A DNA stretch of 64,000 nt from NCBI RefSeq assembly GCF_009914755.1, contig NC_060938.1. One strand, written 5' to 3'. Source of the stretch: the human T2T-CHM13v2.0 reference genome, Homo sapiens. Both the position numbers and the translations under genes were made by a program. Within the stretch, counting starts at the first letter, position 1; each line of letters begins with the position of its first letter. The notes beneath the pieces were generated by a model. The model had not been told where the DNA came from. It worked only from the letters and a program-made list of their open reading frames with translations, and searched no databases. Shown piece after piece: positions 1 to 14,095 of the stretch.

Positions 1-157
1 GATAGGAAATGCCATATACATTTAGAATATTAGGTGATCATACAGTAGTCTAGAAGAATGTTTTTCAGCCTTCAGGACCCAACATTTGATCATGAAATCA
101 ATGCAACCAGCATTTTAAAGAAAATGAAATGGGATAGAATAGAATACAAAATACCAA

Positions 158-225
158 ACTGCATCATACGTGGGAAAAGTGTATCTATCCTACTGCATCA
201 TACGTGGGAAAAGTGTATCTATCCT
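158..225. repeat. Perfect 34-bp tandem duplication
   Basis: actgcatcatacgtgggaaaagtgtatctatcct at 158-191 and 192-225. Confidence 0.95.
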
Positions 226-420
226 AATTATTTTTTTGTGTACTGAGTAATGATGTAAAATATATTTTTTATTATAGATCACTTTCAAGATAGTTTGAAA
301 AACACTGGTCTGGAAAATGTACTTAAAATGTTATTTGATTATAGAGTAAGACAGGAAAGTAAAATATCAAGCATACCGTGTCACCTTATTAAAAGGAAAG
401 AATCCTATTTAATATAGAAA

Positions 421-801
<381 letters not shown>

Positions 802-832
802 TAGAAAGTTTAAGGCATACATACTATTATCA

Positions 833-1198
<366 letters not shown>

Positions 1199-1377
1199 TT
1201 AAATAAGACTGGAATTACATCTTTATAATGTTGGGTATTTGTTCAGCTGTAGTTAAGATTTTTAAGTTTATATAGATTTGCAAAAGAGTTTTTAGAGCCT
1301 TGCTTTACCCAATAGGGAAGAAGTAGAAAATTAGTCGCTAAGCATGATGAAATACTTTCTTGTTAAAAATAATTTCA

Positions 1378-1667
1378 GGCTGGGCATGGTGACTCATACC
1401 TGTAATCCCAACAGTTTGGGAGGCTAAGGTGGGAGGATCATTTGAACCCTGGAGTTCGAAACCAGTCTGGGCAATATTACGAAACTCTGTCTCAACAAAA
1501 ATATTTTGAGAAAATAGCCAGGTATGGTGGTGTGCACCTGTAGTCCTAGCTAGGCAAGAGGCTGAGGTGGGAGGATCATTTGAGCCCAGGAGTTCAAGCT
1601 GCAATGAGCTATGATCATGCCACTATACTCTCACCTGAGTGACACAGCAAGACCTTGTCTCTAAAAA
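1378..1667 (+). mobile_element. Alu (AluJ-like)
   Basis: Alu dimer with short tail. Confidence 0.9.
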
Positions 1668-2289
1668 GTTTCAAGTTTAAAACCTTAGAAGATAGTAAAG
1701 AGAATTTTTGTGAAAACATTTGATAACTGGATTTGCAGACAGGTAGAATATTAAGTACTCTTTCAAAATGTGAAGAATATCTGTTTTACTATGCCACTTG
1801 TGTTAGCTCTACTGAAAAATCTGTTACAAATATTGTTATAACACTTTTAGTATCAAAATAGATGTTCACATTATTTTAAAATAATTTTAATATTGAGATT
1901 TCCAAAGACGCTACACCAGGGAAGCTTGACTCCTTGCTCCTGCTTTAACATGCAGTCATATTTAGAAGAATAGCATCAGCATTCCCCTGATCCAGGCAGG
2001 AGCAAGGAATCAACCTGCTATAAAAAAGGTATGTTTCTGAAGAATTATCTTACTTCCAAAGGACTTTCGCTTTTATTCAACATGAGTTAATGAAGAGAGG
2101 ATCATAAGAAAAAAGAAAAAGCAAAACCTGGCCTACACTAGGGCACTGTAACGTCTTGGGGTGGGACAGATTCATACTTGGTATGGAAAATGATCCATGG
2201 GCATTGCCCAAAACAAGATTATTTTTGAGAACATTAATTCCAGTTACAGATGGAGAAACTGAGGGAAGGAGTGATTGAGCTGGTTTATA

Positions 2290-2452
2290 TCGTCACTTGG
2301 ATTGTTAAAACAGATTGCTGGGCTTCATGCCGACAGGTTCTGATTCTATAGATGCGCTGTAGGGCTCAGTAATTTGCATTTCTAACAAGTTCTGGGGTAA
2401 TGCTGCTGCTGCTGCTGCTGCTGGTCTGGGAGCACACTTTGTGACTTACTGA
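2290..2452. mobile_element. MER5A-like hAT-Charlie MITE containing a (TGC)7 run at 2401-2423
   Basis: aaaacagattgctggg...atttgcatttctaacaag...ctggtctgggagcacacttt resembles MER5A. Confidence 0.75.
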
Positions 2453-2690
2453 TCTAGACTAAAAGGTACTATTTTAGGAATTGTGAATTCTGTTTATAAT
2501 ATTAGCTCTACTGTTAATTATGACTTTATGATTTAAAATATATTGTGTAATCTCTCAAAGACATTTTCTTATATAGTAAGGAGAGATTACATTTGCTTTT
2601 TTTAAAAAAGGACATAGTAAATGTGAAGTAAACTACAATTAAGAAAGTTAATTATAGCCATTAGCCAGGAAGGTGAGAGTTTGAGCTTGC

Positions 2691-3013
<323 letters not shown>

Positions 3014-3322
3014 TGAGATTCTGATTCTTAAACCGGAATTCACTGGTTGGTCAAATTTGAGATAATTATCTATCAACTTTCTTGTACATGATTCTAATTT
3101 GGTAAAAGATTGGGGTGAGGAATCAAGAATTTAAAACTAAGATTATCAAATAACTGTTTTTGGTTCTAGTAGCAGCCATTGTTACAATTTTGGGTGGGAA
3201 TTGGGGAAGAATATCCTATTAATCTTTTTTTCCCCTCGTCTTGTTTTATTGGCTATATAACTGCTGTTTCACATAAAGTACTTTAAAGTACTTATCTCTA
3301 TATTTAAATTCATGTTTTATAG

Positions 3323-3630
3323 GCAAGGCAGCAAATTTAGAAGAAATGTATCAACACTATTAATAGAGTTAGGATTCCAAATTAAAAAAAAAACTAAAAG
3401 ATTGTATATCAACAAAGCCAATATCTGGAATAGTGCCTTAGATGCATTCAGAAATCGAAACTTTAATCCTTCATATGCAATTGAAGTAGCATATGTTATT
3501 GAAAATGATAATTTTGGAAGTGAGCATCCTGGATCAAAGCAAGAATTTCTGAGTCTCTTAATGCAACATCTTGAGAACTCATCATTGTTTGAAGGGTCCT
3601 TGTCAAAGAACTTGTCTCTAAATTCTCAAG
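3323..3630 (+). CDS. G2E3: G2E3 internal coding exon (start of HECT-like region; QGSKFRRNV...NLSLNSQ)
   Basis: tatAG acceptor at 3321-3322, GTaatt donor at 3631; translation matches G2E3; enters phase 2, exits phase 1. Confidence 0.96.
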
Positions 3631-4394
3631 GTAATTATTTTATTTATTGTTGTATATACCAAATATCACATGTATAGAAAAAGAGATAGATAGCTGGTTA
3701 GAATTGATATTTAATACCTGTGCTCTAAATATACTGTTCACTTTGTTAATAAACTACTGATAGAATCACAGGAAAGTGGGAAGGGGGAGTGATAGTTTAA
3801 AAAGTAAATTTTGTGGTGAAACATTTTTTATTTAAGAATATACATTCTTTATAGCAATATTCTCCTTAAAATAATCCATAATTAAGTGTAACTTTATCTT
3901 AACTCTAATTTCATTTTAATAGAGTGGCCAAATGGGGATGATTATTTGAATTCTTCCTGTTTGTATATTTGGAATTTGCGGTTAACATAGAGTTTTTATA
4001 ACATAGTTTCCTGGTCCACATGTAACCAATTTTTCAGTATACTTTTGTTTGCAATATTTTTTTTTTTGCACAATTATGTATATGATGGTTTTCTGTCTTC
4101 ACTATTGGTGAGAACTTAAGGTAATTATAACAGGCATCTCAAAACAGTGGGTAATTCTGGCATTCTCTTTTAGGGGCTTTTATACTACTTTTGCTGTAAT
4201 AGGAAATTTGAAAGAAAATGAGAAGGCATTTCATTTCATTTGAATTTCCTACTATATTTTCTGTAAACATCCTAACCATTGCCTAAAGCATCATTTTTAC
4301 TCTGTATAGTTCACACAGTTTAATTATAAACTCCCTTTAAAATAAAATGTAAAAATAAAGAAAAAACTTTCCAAATAGTAATGTTAACTCAAGG

Positions 4395-4590
4395 CAGCTT
4401 TGGTATGGTGGAGAGTACGTGAATTTAAATCACAGAATCTGAATTCAAGTTTGTACACATCTAGTTCTTTACATCCTTAATTACTTACTCTCTCTGGATC
4501 TCAGTTTCTTCATCTGTAAAATGTGACTATGAATATGTAGCTTGTAAGGTTATTACACAGGTATTGTTAATGTCACTTATTAATAAGTTG
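4395..4590 (+). mobile_element. MIR
   Basis: Core ctcagtttcttcatctgtaaaatg. Confidence 0.7.
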
Positions 4591-5071
4591 CTTTCAACAA
4601 TTTAAAAATTAAGGAAAAATTTACTTGTTTTGGCACATCAAAGTTGCTAATACATTTGAAATGACAATTTTAATTCAAGCTCTGACAGTAAGGTAAGACA
4701 GCATATACTGTTGGGAGTAAACTTGTGCCTTTGGGAAAGATTATTTAGTGATATAGATCAAGAACCTTAAAAATGTTCCTATCCTTTGACCTACTAATAC
4801 CATCTGTAGGAATCCTAATCAAATAAATATAAACAAGAATATGTGAGTATGTTGACTGTAACATTATGTCTCATAAAGTTAGAAATATCACTTAGCCAGG
4901 ATAGCCAGGGGGATGGTTTGCATTATAGTACATCTCTAAGTTAGTCTAAATGCATTTATTAACTGTAGATTTGAGTAATTTTGAGTAGTATGATAAAAAG
5001 TTTACAATATAATAAGTGGATAAAGCATAAGTCAAACTTTTTATATTTATATACACAAAGAGGTACAAGTA

Positions 5072-5444
5072 CAGTCATTTGTCACTTAGTAACAGGGATA
5101 TGTTCTGAGAAATGTGTCAGTAGGCAATTTCATCATGCAAAGATCATAAAGTATACTTACGCAAACCTAGTTGGTGTAGCCTACTACACACCAAGGCTCT
5201 ATGGTAAAGCCTATTGGTTCTAGACTGCAAACCTGTATAACATGTTACTGTACTGAATACTGTAGACAATTGTAACACAATGGTAAGTATATGTATATCT
5301 AAATATACAAAAGGTAATGCATTGTGCTATGACAGTATAACATCACTAGGTCATAGGAGTTTTTCAGCTTCATTATAATCTTAGGGACCACCTTAGTGTA
5401 TTTGGTCATTCTTGACCACAACATCCTTATATGGTGCATGACTG
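5072..5444. mobile_element. Tigger3a-like TcMar MITE
   Basis: Termini cagtcat...atgactg, TA on both sides (5070-5071, 5445-5446), typical internal sequence. Confidence 0.85.
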
Positions 5445-5705
5445 TACACCAAAGTGTTCACAGTGGTTATTATGGTGGTAGGTTTATTGTGTTTTATGTT
5501 TTCTACAATAGATTTTTACTTTATATTCAGAAAAATGTGTCTTTTTTTATATTTTAGGTAAGATCTATATTTTCTACATAATGATAGCTTCTAAGAATTA
5601 TATTTATCTAATGCTTAGATTTTTGGACTAATTTTTAATATAAAAAATGATGGTTATCTTATAATAATAGAAGTGTATTTGATATATTTTCATCTGTATT
5701 TACAG

Positions 5706-5887
5706 CTCTGAAAGAGAATCTTTACTATGAAGCTGGCAAAATGCTTGCCATTTCTTTAGTTCACGGTGGTCCTTCACCTGGTTTCTTTTCTAAAACCTTG
5801 TTTAACTGCCTTGTTTATGGACCAGAAAATACCCAGCCAATTTTAGATGATGTTTCAGACTTTGATGTGGCACAGATTATAATCAGG
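5706..5887 (+). CDS. G2E3: G2E3 internal coding exon ([22 protein letters not shown]...QIIIR)
   Basis: tacAG acceptor, GTaagc donor; 182 nt; in frame with previous exon; HECT N-lobe-like motif. Confidence 0.96.
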
Positions 5888-6650
5888 GTAAGCAATGTAT
5901 CTGTTTATTAAAATGCACACTACATTCTAGGTATCTTTTAATGTAAATGACTGATCTGCAATAAAATAATAGTATTATCTATGAAGGAGTTAGGGATTGT
6001 AAACATATATTTCTGTTTACCAGTGGAGTTCTGAACCAGTTAAAAGATAGTTTTAAAAGTCAGATGGCTGGAGATTAAAGTGCCACGTTTAATGTTGGTA
6101 AAACCAGTTGGATAATGTGATTTTGGTCTGTGTTCACCATGGCTTGTGAATACTCCTCAGAAATACATGGATTTGCCTGCCTTGCTAGAGACAACGTGAG
6201 GCAGATTCCCTATTGCAAGCTAGAAAGCAGATGAAAGTGCACTTTGATGGAGGCCGATGGGTCTGAAGAGAGGAAGGATTTGGCTTACCAGTTAGAATAC
6301 TTTTCCTTCCTTCTATAGGGAGGTATGAATGATAGATGGAGAGAAAGACTAGGCTGAATTTCTTCCAAAGGGAAACAAGTGGTAGGGATCGGGGAGGACT
6401 TAATGCGTCCGCCTAAAAATAGTTCATTTATTCAGCACTTATAATGGGACCTGTACTAAACATGTCACATGTGCAAACACTCATTTATCATAATGCCATA
6501 TAAGTGTCATTGCCAACATGTTACTGCTTTAAAAACTGAGACAATGCAAGCCATTTAACTTTTCTTCCTTAACCTCCCTCCTACTTAAGCATATTCTATC
6601 CATTGTCTCAATTAACAGGCAGTGTTGTTTAATGATTAAAAGCATAGGCC

Positions 6651-6808
6651 TTAGCCAGGCGTGGTGGCATGTGCCTGTAATCCCAGCTACTCTGGAGGCT
6701 GAGTCACAAGAATAATTTGAATCCGGCAGATGGAGGTTACAGTGAGCTGAGCTCACACCACTGCACTCCAACCTGGGCAACAGAGGGAGACACTGTCTCA
6801 AAAAAAAA
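6651..6808 (+). mobile_element. Alu right monomer inserted in a MIR
   Basis: TSD aaaagca(t/c)aggc on both flanks; MIR core cctcagtttc downstream. Confidence 0.85.
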
Positions 6809-8151
6809 GCACAGGCTTGGAAGTCAGATTTTACTTTGAATGCCAACTCTTATAACTACTATATGTTGTGTCACTTTGGGCATATTAATCTTACTAAACC
6901 TCAGTTTCTAAATCACACAGTAAGCACTATTGAAGTGTGAGTTGCTACAGTGTATTACAACAATTCTGTTTATTTGCCCTAAGACTGCTTATCCTAACAT
7001 CATGTTTTAAATTGACCCTTTAATTCTTCGTTTTTCTTTTTGTGCCCTCTTTACTAAAAAAAAAGTATATTTAAGCTTCATTGTCTCTACTTCGTATTTC
7101 CTATTTATTTCTTGTAATCAGGCTTCTGTCCCTACCACCAGTCTCAAGTTAGCTAGTTCATAGTTTATATCCAGGGAGCTAAATATCCATGTCCAAAGGC
7201 CTTTTCTAATTTTTCATCTGCTGTGACTTCTGCAATTACCACTTAGAATTTCTCTGCAATATTTTATTTAATATTGTACTTCCTCCTACTTCTGATGATT
7301 CTCTCTTCTTTAATGCTTCTTACTTCTTCTTACCCCTGAAACTTAGCATTTTTCAGTGTTGTCTTAACAGTCATCATTCTTTATTATTTGGAGAGCTTCT
7401 TCTCTCCTGTAATCTTTCTGAATGATTTACAGACCTGTATTTTTGAGCCCCCGGACTTTTATATACAGATAAGACCTGGGTCTTGCTAGCACATTGAGTC
7501 TAACATGTTTAAGATAAAAATAGTATTTTTCCCAGAATTTTTTGTTTGATTGTTTTTTGTGGGGCTTTTTTGTGTTTTTACCTGTTTGCCTTTTCTTTCC
7601 AAGAGACTTCTTACTTCCAAGCTGTCTTGGAGAGTCATTTTCATACTCCTCCATTTTCCAGTTATATGTCAAGTCACCTGCCTCTAAGACTGACTTATTG
7701 TCAACCTTTCCTTCCTGTTTCTAGTGTGCCTATTTTACCAAACTCAAATTTTCCCTAGGCTTAGACAATTAGAATGTTGTTCTAATATTCTTATTTGGGA
7801 TGATTCTTCCAAAAGTACAGTTTTGACCATATTGCTTTCTTCCTCAGGAATCCCCCAGTGGCTTCTCATTGCCTGTTGAACGAAGTTGAAGCTCTTCATT
7901 AGGGCATTTAAGACCTTCACCTCTCTTCATGGCTTTATCTACTCCAGTTTCTGTACTTTTTATCCAGTGTTTGTTCATTTATTTAAGAAATACTATGTAT
8001 TCTGTACTGTTTTGTTACTAAAGATAGAGTAGTGAAGCAAAGTATCTGCCTTCTTGGAATTTACATTAAGAGAGAACACAGAAGATAAACAACAAATGTA
8101 ATATGCCATCACGTAGTAAAATGTATTATAATGCTAAATAAAACAGAATAT

Positions 8152-8460
8152 GGCCGGGCGCAGTGGGTCACGCCTGTAATCCCAACACTTTGGGAGAACA
8201 GGTGGGTGGATCACCGGGGTCAGCAGTTCGAGACCAGCCTGGCCAACATGGTGAAACCCCATCTTTACTAAAAATACAAAAAAATTAGCCAGGTGTGGTG
8301 GCGCGCGCCTATAGTCCCAGCTGCTTGAAAGGCTCGCTTGAGCCCGGGAGGCAGAGGTGGCAGTGAGCCGGGATCATGCCACTGCACTCCAGCATGGGCA
8401 ACAGAGTGAGACTCCATCCCAAATAAATAAATGTATACATAAATACATACATGCATACAT
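8152..8460 (+). mobile_element. Alu with internal deletion and (TAAA/TACA)n tail
   Basis: Alu dimer; TSD aacagaata on both sides. Confidence 0.9.
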
Positions 8461-8504
8461 ACAACAGAATAAAAGGAGATGGATAAGGGTTGGAGTATAT
8501 ACAA

Positions 8505-9060
8505 GTTAGGTTTTAGGCTAAACTTCTGTATCTCATAGACCCAGAAAGACAGTGGCTCAAACAAGGCAGATGTTTACTGTTCTGTAAAATCCATTGTCTA
8601 GATTTTAGGGTAAGAGTTGGCAAAAAATGGCCTGTAAGTCACGTTCTGGCTTGTTGCCTGTTTGGTAAATAGTTACATTGGAATGCAGCCATGCCCATTT
8701 GCTACTGATCTGACTGCTTTCACGCTACAGTGGCAGAGTTGAGTAGCTGCAACAGATACCATATAGTTTGAAAAGCATAAAATGCTATCTGGCCCTTTAT
8801 ACAGATGGCCCTCTGTTTTCGAGATAGAGTTGTGATTTACAAAACCGTCTAAGGACTTGAGTTCCTTCCTCTCATTATCGTGTAACACTTAGCATTATTG
8901 TTTGCATCCACATGGTTGAAGCTTGCTCTTAAAGGAGAAAAGTGGAAGTTGAGAGCAGGGAAGTTTGACATGTTGTTTTTACTTACATCCCATTGAACAG
9001 TCATGTAGCCCCACCTAGCTGCAGCAAAAGTTTGGCTATGTGCCCAGCTGAAACTCAGGG
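8505..9060. mobile_element. Old MLT1-type MaLR LTR interrupted by a MER58-like DNA element (~8607-8803)
   Basis: cagtggctcaaacaagg and acatcccattg...cacctagctgc (MLT1); gcagagttgagtagctgcaacaga...tatctggcccttta (MER58). Confidence 0.6.
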
Positions 9061-9466
9061 TTGAGGGTTTGCAGGGATGAGGCAACATATACCCAATTAT
9101 TACTCCGACAGGGTGTAAAGATAGTATTTTGAGCAGAATAGTCATGAAAAACTTAGGAGATTTCAGCAGAGATTTTGAATGAATGAAAAGAAGTCATGTA
9201 AATCTCTAAGAATGTTTTAGGAAAAGGAAATTGCAAGTAAATTTTCTGTTAATGGATTGTTTCCTATTTTTAACTTTCTCCATCTGTACCTTTAAGAGCT
9301 AACCTGTATGAAAGTGTCTTGCACATAAATGGCCAAGTATTTCTTTGTTTATGCTGTTCACTAAAATATTCTTGATAAAATTCTGTCCATCTTTTAATTC
9401 TCAGCTGTTACTCTTTTTCATGAATTCTCAGGTCATCTTTCTTGCCTATCTAGTACTAGGTAACTT

Positions 9467-9740
9467 TTCTCTTTTTTTTTCTTTTCTTTTTAAGAGATAA
9501 GGTCTCAGTCTGTCACCCAGGCTGGAGTACATTGGTGTGATCATAGCTCACTGAACCTCCAACTCCTGGGCTCAAAATCCTTCTACCTCATCTTCCAGAG
9601 TAGCTAGGACTACAGGTGTATACCACCCACACCAGGCCTTTTTTTTTTTTCTTTAGAGGGGGGCTAGCTGTGTTGCCCAGGATGTTCTTGAACTTCTGGC
9701 CTCAAGCAGGCCTCCCACCTCAGCCTCCCTAGTAGCTAGT
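9467..9740 (-). mobile_element. Alu (AluJ-like)
   Basis: Poly-T then antisense Alu. Confidence 0.88.
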
Positions 9741-10024
9741 CTTACCTAGTGCTATATAATTTTTCAATGTCAGTTATTTCCTTTTTTATAAATAGTTTCA
9801 CGTAGTAAAGTGGCATTATACTCTGGATTTCTTGAAGGCAGAAATAGACAAATTTGTTGAACTGGATGATCAGACATTTATTCTAGAAGAATATTTCTTG
9901 GTTTACTTTTACTGCACCCATATGTACTAAGAAATTTGAGTATAAATTAACAAGTATCATTTGAAATGTGCATGTCACTCAAAAGTAAATGAGTAAAGTG
10001 GCTGTATTTTCTCCTTCATTACAG

Positions 10025-10197
10025 ATAAATACTGCAACAACTGTAGCTGACTTAAAGTCAATAATAAATGAATGCTATAACTACCTTGAGTTAATTGGAT
10101 GTCTCAGACTTATAACGACATTAAGTGATAAATATATGTTAGTAAAAGACATACTTGGCTACCATGTAATTCAGAGAGTCCACACACCCTTTGAAAG
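10025..10197 (+). CDS. G2E3: G2E3 internal coding exon (INTATTVADLK...VHTPFE)
   Basis: ttacAG acceptor, GTaagt donor; 173 nt; frame continuous. Confidence 0.96.
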
Positions 10198-10389
10198 GTA
10201 AGTTGTTTCTATTAATATATGGCTCTTTCAAATTACATGTTTAAAGTGGTTAATTATCTTGTAATGTGAGATATATTTGGTAATAAGTGAGATGTTTTTC
10301 TCAGAAAAAAATTTAAATGCTATTTTTAAATAATAACTTAAGCCTTTTTAGGATGGTTACTGTTCTGATCATTTAATAAGCATTGTGTA

Positions 10390-10733
<344 letters not shown>

Positions 10734-12062
10734 TCAGATTATAATTTTTTTCTAAAAAATATTCTTTTTAAAACTCTTACCACATGAGCCAACTATTCTG
10801 TCTCTGTGCATTCATTTAATAACTATTTATTGAGTACCTTTTATCTGCTGGGTAATACATATATTGACCGTTCTTTGATTAACAAGGTATGTATGATTCC
10901 TGCTGTCCTTTAGTTTAGAACACTGGTCTAAGTTAGACAACTTATGTATCTCCTTACACTCTTACAATTTTTTTAAACAATGGAAATACACATATGAAAG
11001 TCTGTAATCACCATCCAGATCTAACACTTATTAACTTGTGCCTGTCTTGTTCATCTTTATCCTACCCTTGTTATTGACTCCAGTATTATTTTAAAGCCAA
11101 TACCAGATATCATCTCAAACCTGATAAATTCATTTAAAAAAAAGTAGTATCATTAATCCATAGATTTAAATATATTTGATGTGTTTAAAATCTTTATAGT
11201 TACTATTACTACTGAAGTTTATATGTCTTGGACCAGTATAAGTCTCTTTATATTATTGTTTTTAATTCTTTCGATGTGAGCCTTAATGGTCTTTGTAAGC
11301 TTTTTTGCTATATGGTATCACAAGGTGTTTCAGACTCATTTTGTACATTTTAGCCTAAGGAACCTTTGTTATTTTTAATGGGAAATGGGTAATTCACAAC
11401 CACAGTCTGGATGCTAGAGATTCTTAGTTTTGGTGGGTTGGTCATGGTATCTAGACCTTTTCATTGAACCCAAATTAGAAAATCAAGGGTTTTTAAATCT
11501 ATTTTAATCTATTTTGTTTTTTTTTTTAAAATCAAACTTTTTTTTAAAGATACATTATGAGTGTGTCCTGATAATTCTAATTCAGATTCTCTATTGCATG
11601 ATTTTTACTTAACATTTTCTTTGTCCTGTGTTGAGAATTCCAGTTCTTAATGACACTGGAGAATTTAAGTATGAAGCAACTATTTCATGTGATTTATTCC
11701 ACATTTCATAACCAATAGTCTCAGAATAACAATACTAACATTATCAAATTGTTGTGCTTATAAGTCATTGGAATATTTTATGTGTGGCTAAAAATTGAGC
11801 ATAAATTGCATTTTCATTTTTTATTTTTAGTGATTAGTTTTTATTAACATTTCATTTTATTTTAAAATTATATAAAATGTTTTATATAGTTCCAAAGTCA
11901 AATGTATAATAAGAATATATTGAAAGTATATACAAAGAAGTATAGGTTTCATCCTTACTATGTCCACCATTCAACCCTTTATGAAGTAACCATTTTGGCA
12001 ACTTTTTTGTGGTTTATTCTTTTATTATTTGTTTTTCTTTTTAATGATAACAGATAAACATG

Positions 12063-12497
12063 TGTGTTCTTAGCTCATTTTATGCTGCTATAACAATACC
12101 TGAGACTTGGTAATTTATAAAGAAAAGAAATTTATTTCTCACAGTTCTGGAGGCTGGGAAGTCCAAAGGCATAGTGCCAGTATCTGCTCAGCATCTGGTG
12201 AGAGCTGTCTTGCTGTGTCATAGCATTGTGGAAGAGCAAGTGAGCACTCAACCCATAGGTGTGCCCTCGAAATCAGGCTGAACTTACCCTTTTTATCAGG
12301 AGCTCACTCCCACAATAATGATATTAATCCATTTATGAGGGCGGAGCCCTTGTGACCTACTCACCTCTTAAGGACCCTATCTCCCATTGCTGTTATACTG
12401 GCCATTAAATTTCAACATGAGTTTCGAAGGAACTCATTTGAAACCATAACATTCTGCTCCTGGCACTCTAAAACTCACGTCCCACTCACATACAAAA
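12063..12497. mobile_element. MST/MLT1A-type MaLR LTR plus a short internal stub
   Basis: tgctgctataacaatacctgagact...ctcacagttctggaggctgggaagtccaa...aaatttcaacatgagttt...aaccataaca. Confidence 0.8.
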
Positions 12498-13166
12498 GAG
12501 TATCTGAGGAGGTGAATAGGAAATTTAGAAAGTCAGGCAAAAATGATATGTTTGTTCTTTGCTTATTAATGAAAATGTGCATTTTAAAATATTCAGTTGT
12601 TACTTGCATTTCTTTTGTTAATCATATATTTTTTGTTCATTTTCCCTATTGATCTTTCAGAAGAATTTGTATTCTTTGCATAAAATTAATTTTCTGTCAT
12701 ATAAAATATCTGTCATTTGCTTTATCTTAATTTCTTTTTAGCAATACATGGGTTTTAAATTTTTATGTAATGAAGATTTATCACTCTTGGTAATATCTGG
12801 GAAACTTTATTTTTATAATAATTAGCTTTGAAGTGTAAAACACTTCAGATTTTGATGTCTTTCTTACTAATAAAAACTTGTTAGTTTTGAAACTATAAAG
12901 CCAAATAATGTAGGTACATAAAATATTCATTTGATATTAATGTATTTGCTTGTTATGGATTTGAAAGTATCATGTGTAGTATATCCATATCTTCTCTTTT
13001 TCCTCACATCTGAAAATATGATTGTCTCTTGTGGGGGTTTTTTGGTTGTTTTTTAAAAATCATTAGCTGTTTTGAAAACATGCCAGATAAAATGCTGGAA
13101 ATATTCCCTAATATAATACCAAACACACATGTATGAATGTTGGCTCATTATTTTTCTTCTCTTAAG

Positions 13167-13357
13167 TTTTAAGCAGGGTCTGAAAACCCTTGGTGTTTTG
13201 GAGAAAATTCAGGCTTATCCAGAAGCATTTTGTAGCATCCTGTGTCATAAACCTGAGAGTCTTTCTGCAAAAATCCTTAGTGAGCTTTTTACAGTACACA
13301 CATTACCTGATGTGAAAGCTTTGGGGTTTTGGAACAGTTACTTACAGGCTGTTGAAG
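13167..13357 (+). CDS. G2E3: G2E3 penultimate coding exon (FKQGLKTLG...YLQAVE)
   Basis: Pyrimidine tract + ttaAG acceptor, GTatgt donor; 191 nt; exits phase 1. Confidence 0.95.
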
Positions 13358-14095
13358 GTATGTGGATATTTTATTTTACTTTTAACGATCTCAGAATATT
13401 TGTTTCAGCATATTTGTTGGGGGTTTTATTTGTGTATGTTTTGCCTTTTGGTATTAATATTAAGATGCTAACTCCGTATTTACAAAAGAAAGTTATTTCA
13501 AAGCAAGTTTATATGACTGAATTAAAAATAATGAGAAAAGATTACAGAGTAAATTTATATTTTGTAATTTTTTTCTCTAGATAAGTTTAGGTGAAAGGCA
13601 TTCTTTCTAGAAAACATTATTGTCACCGCATAGAACAGTTTTAATCCTAATAATCTATTTCATCATTTTCAATTTGAAGTTAAACTAAATTATTCTTCAC
13701 CCACTGGTCAGGGCTATAACAATGATATTTATCATTGAGCATTAGCAGTGTAAAATCATTCTGCCTGATAGAGTGGAGAAGAATTTAACTTATAGTTGAA
13801 ATTTTGTTTAGCTAGATTTTTGGTTTTTTACCGTTTAGTCTTTCTGTCTGTATTTGTTATATACAATAAGTAGTTGTACTAAATGATTGTATTAGTCCTT
13901 CTACTTTGAGATTCATTTATGTACTGTTTGCCTGTTACTACATCTGACTTTGTGATTTAGTTTGCCCAAAACAAATGTGGGAGTCTGTGCCTTTCAGTAT
14001 TCCAAGTCTATTTGGAGAAGAATCTATGATGATAGCAATATATAACATGGATTTACTTTTGTTTCTTTTACTCTTTTATTGGTAAATTTTTTCAG

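Noticed and set aside
2401-2423. (CTG)n run as a disease-type expansion
   Set aside because: Only ~7 units, derived from a MER5A internal motif, deep intronic
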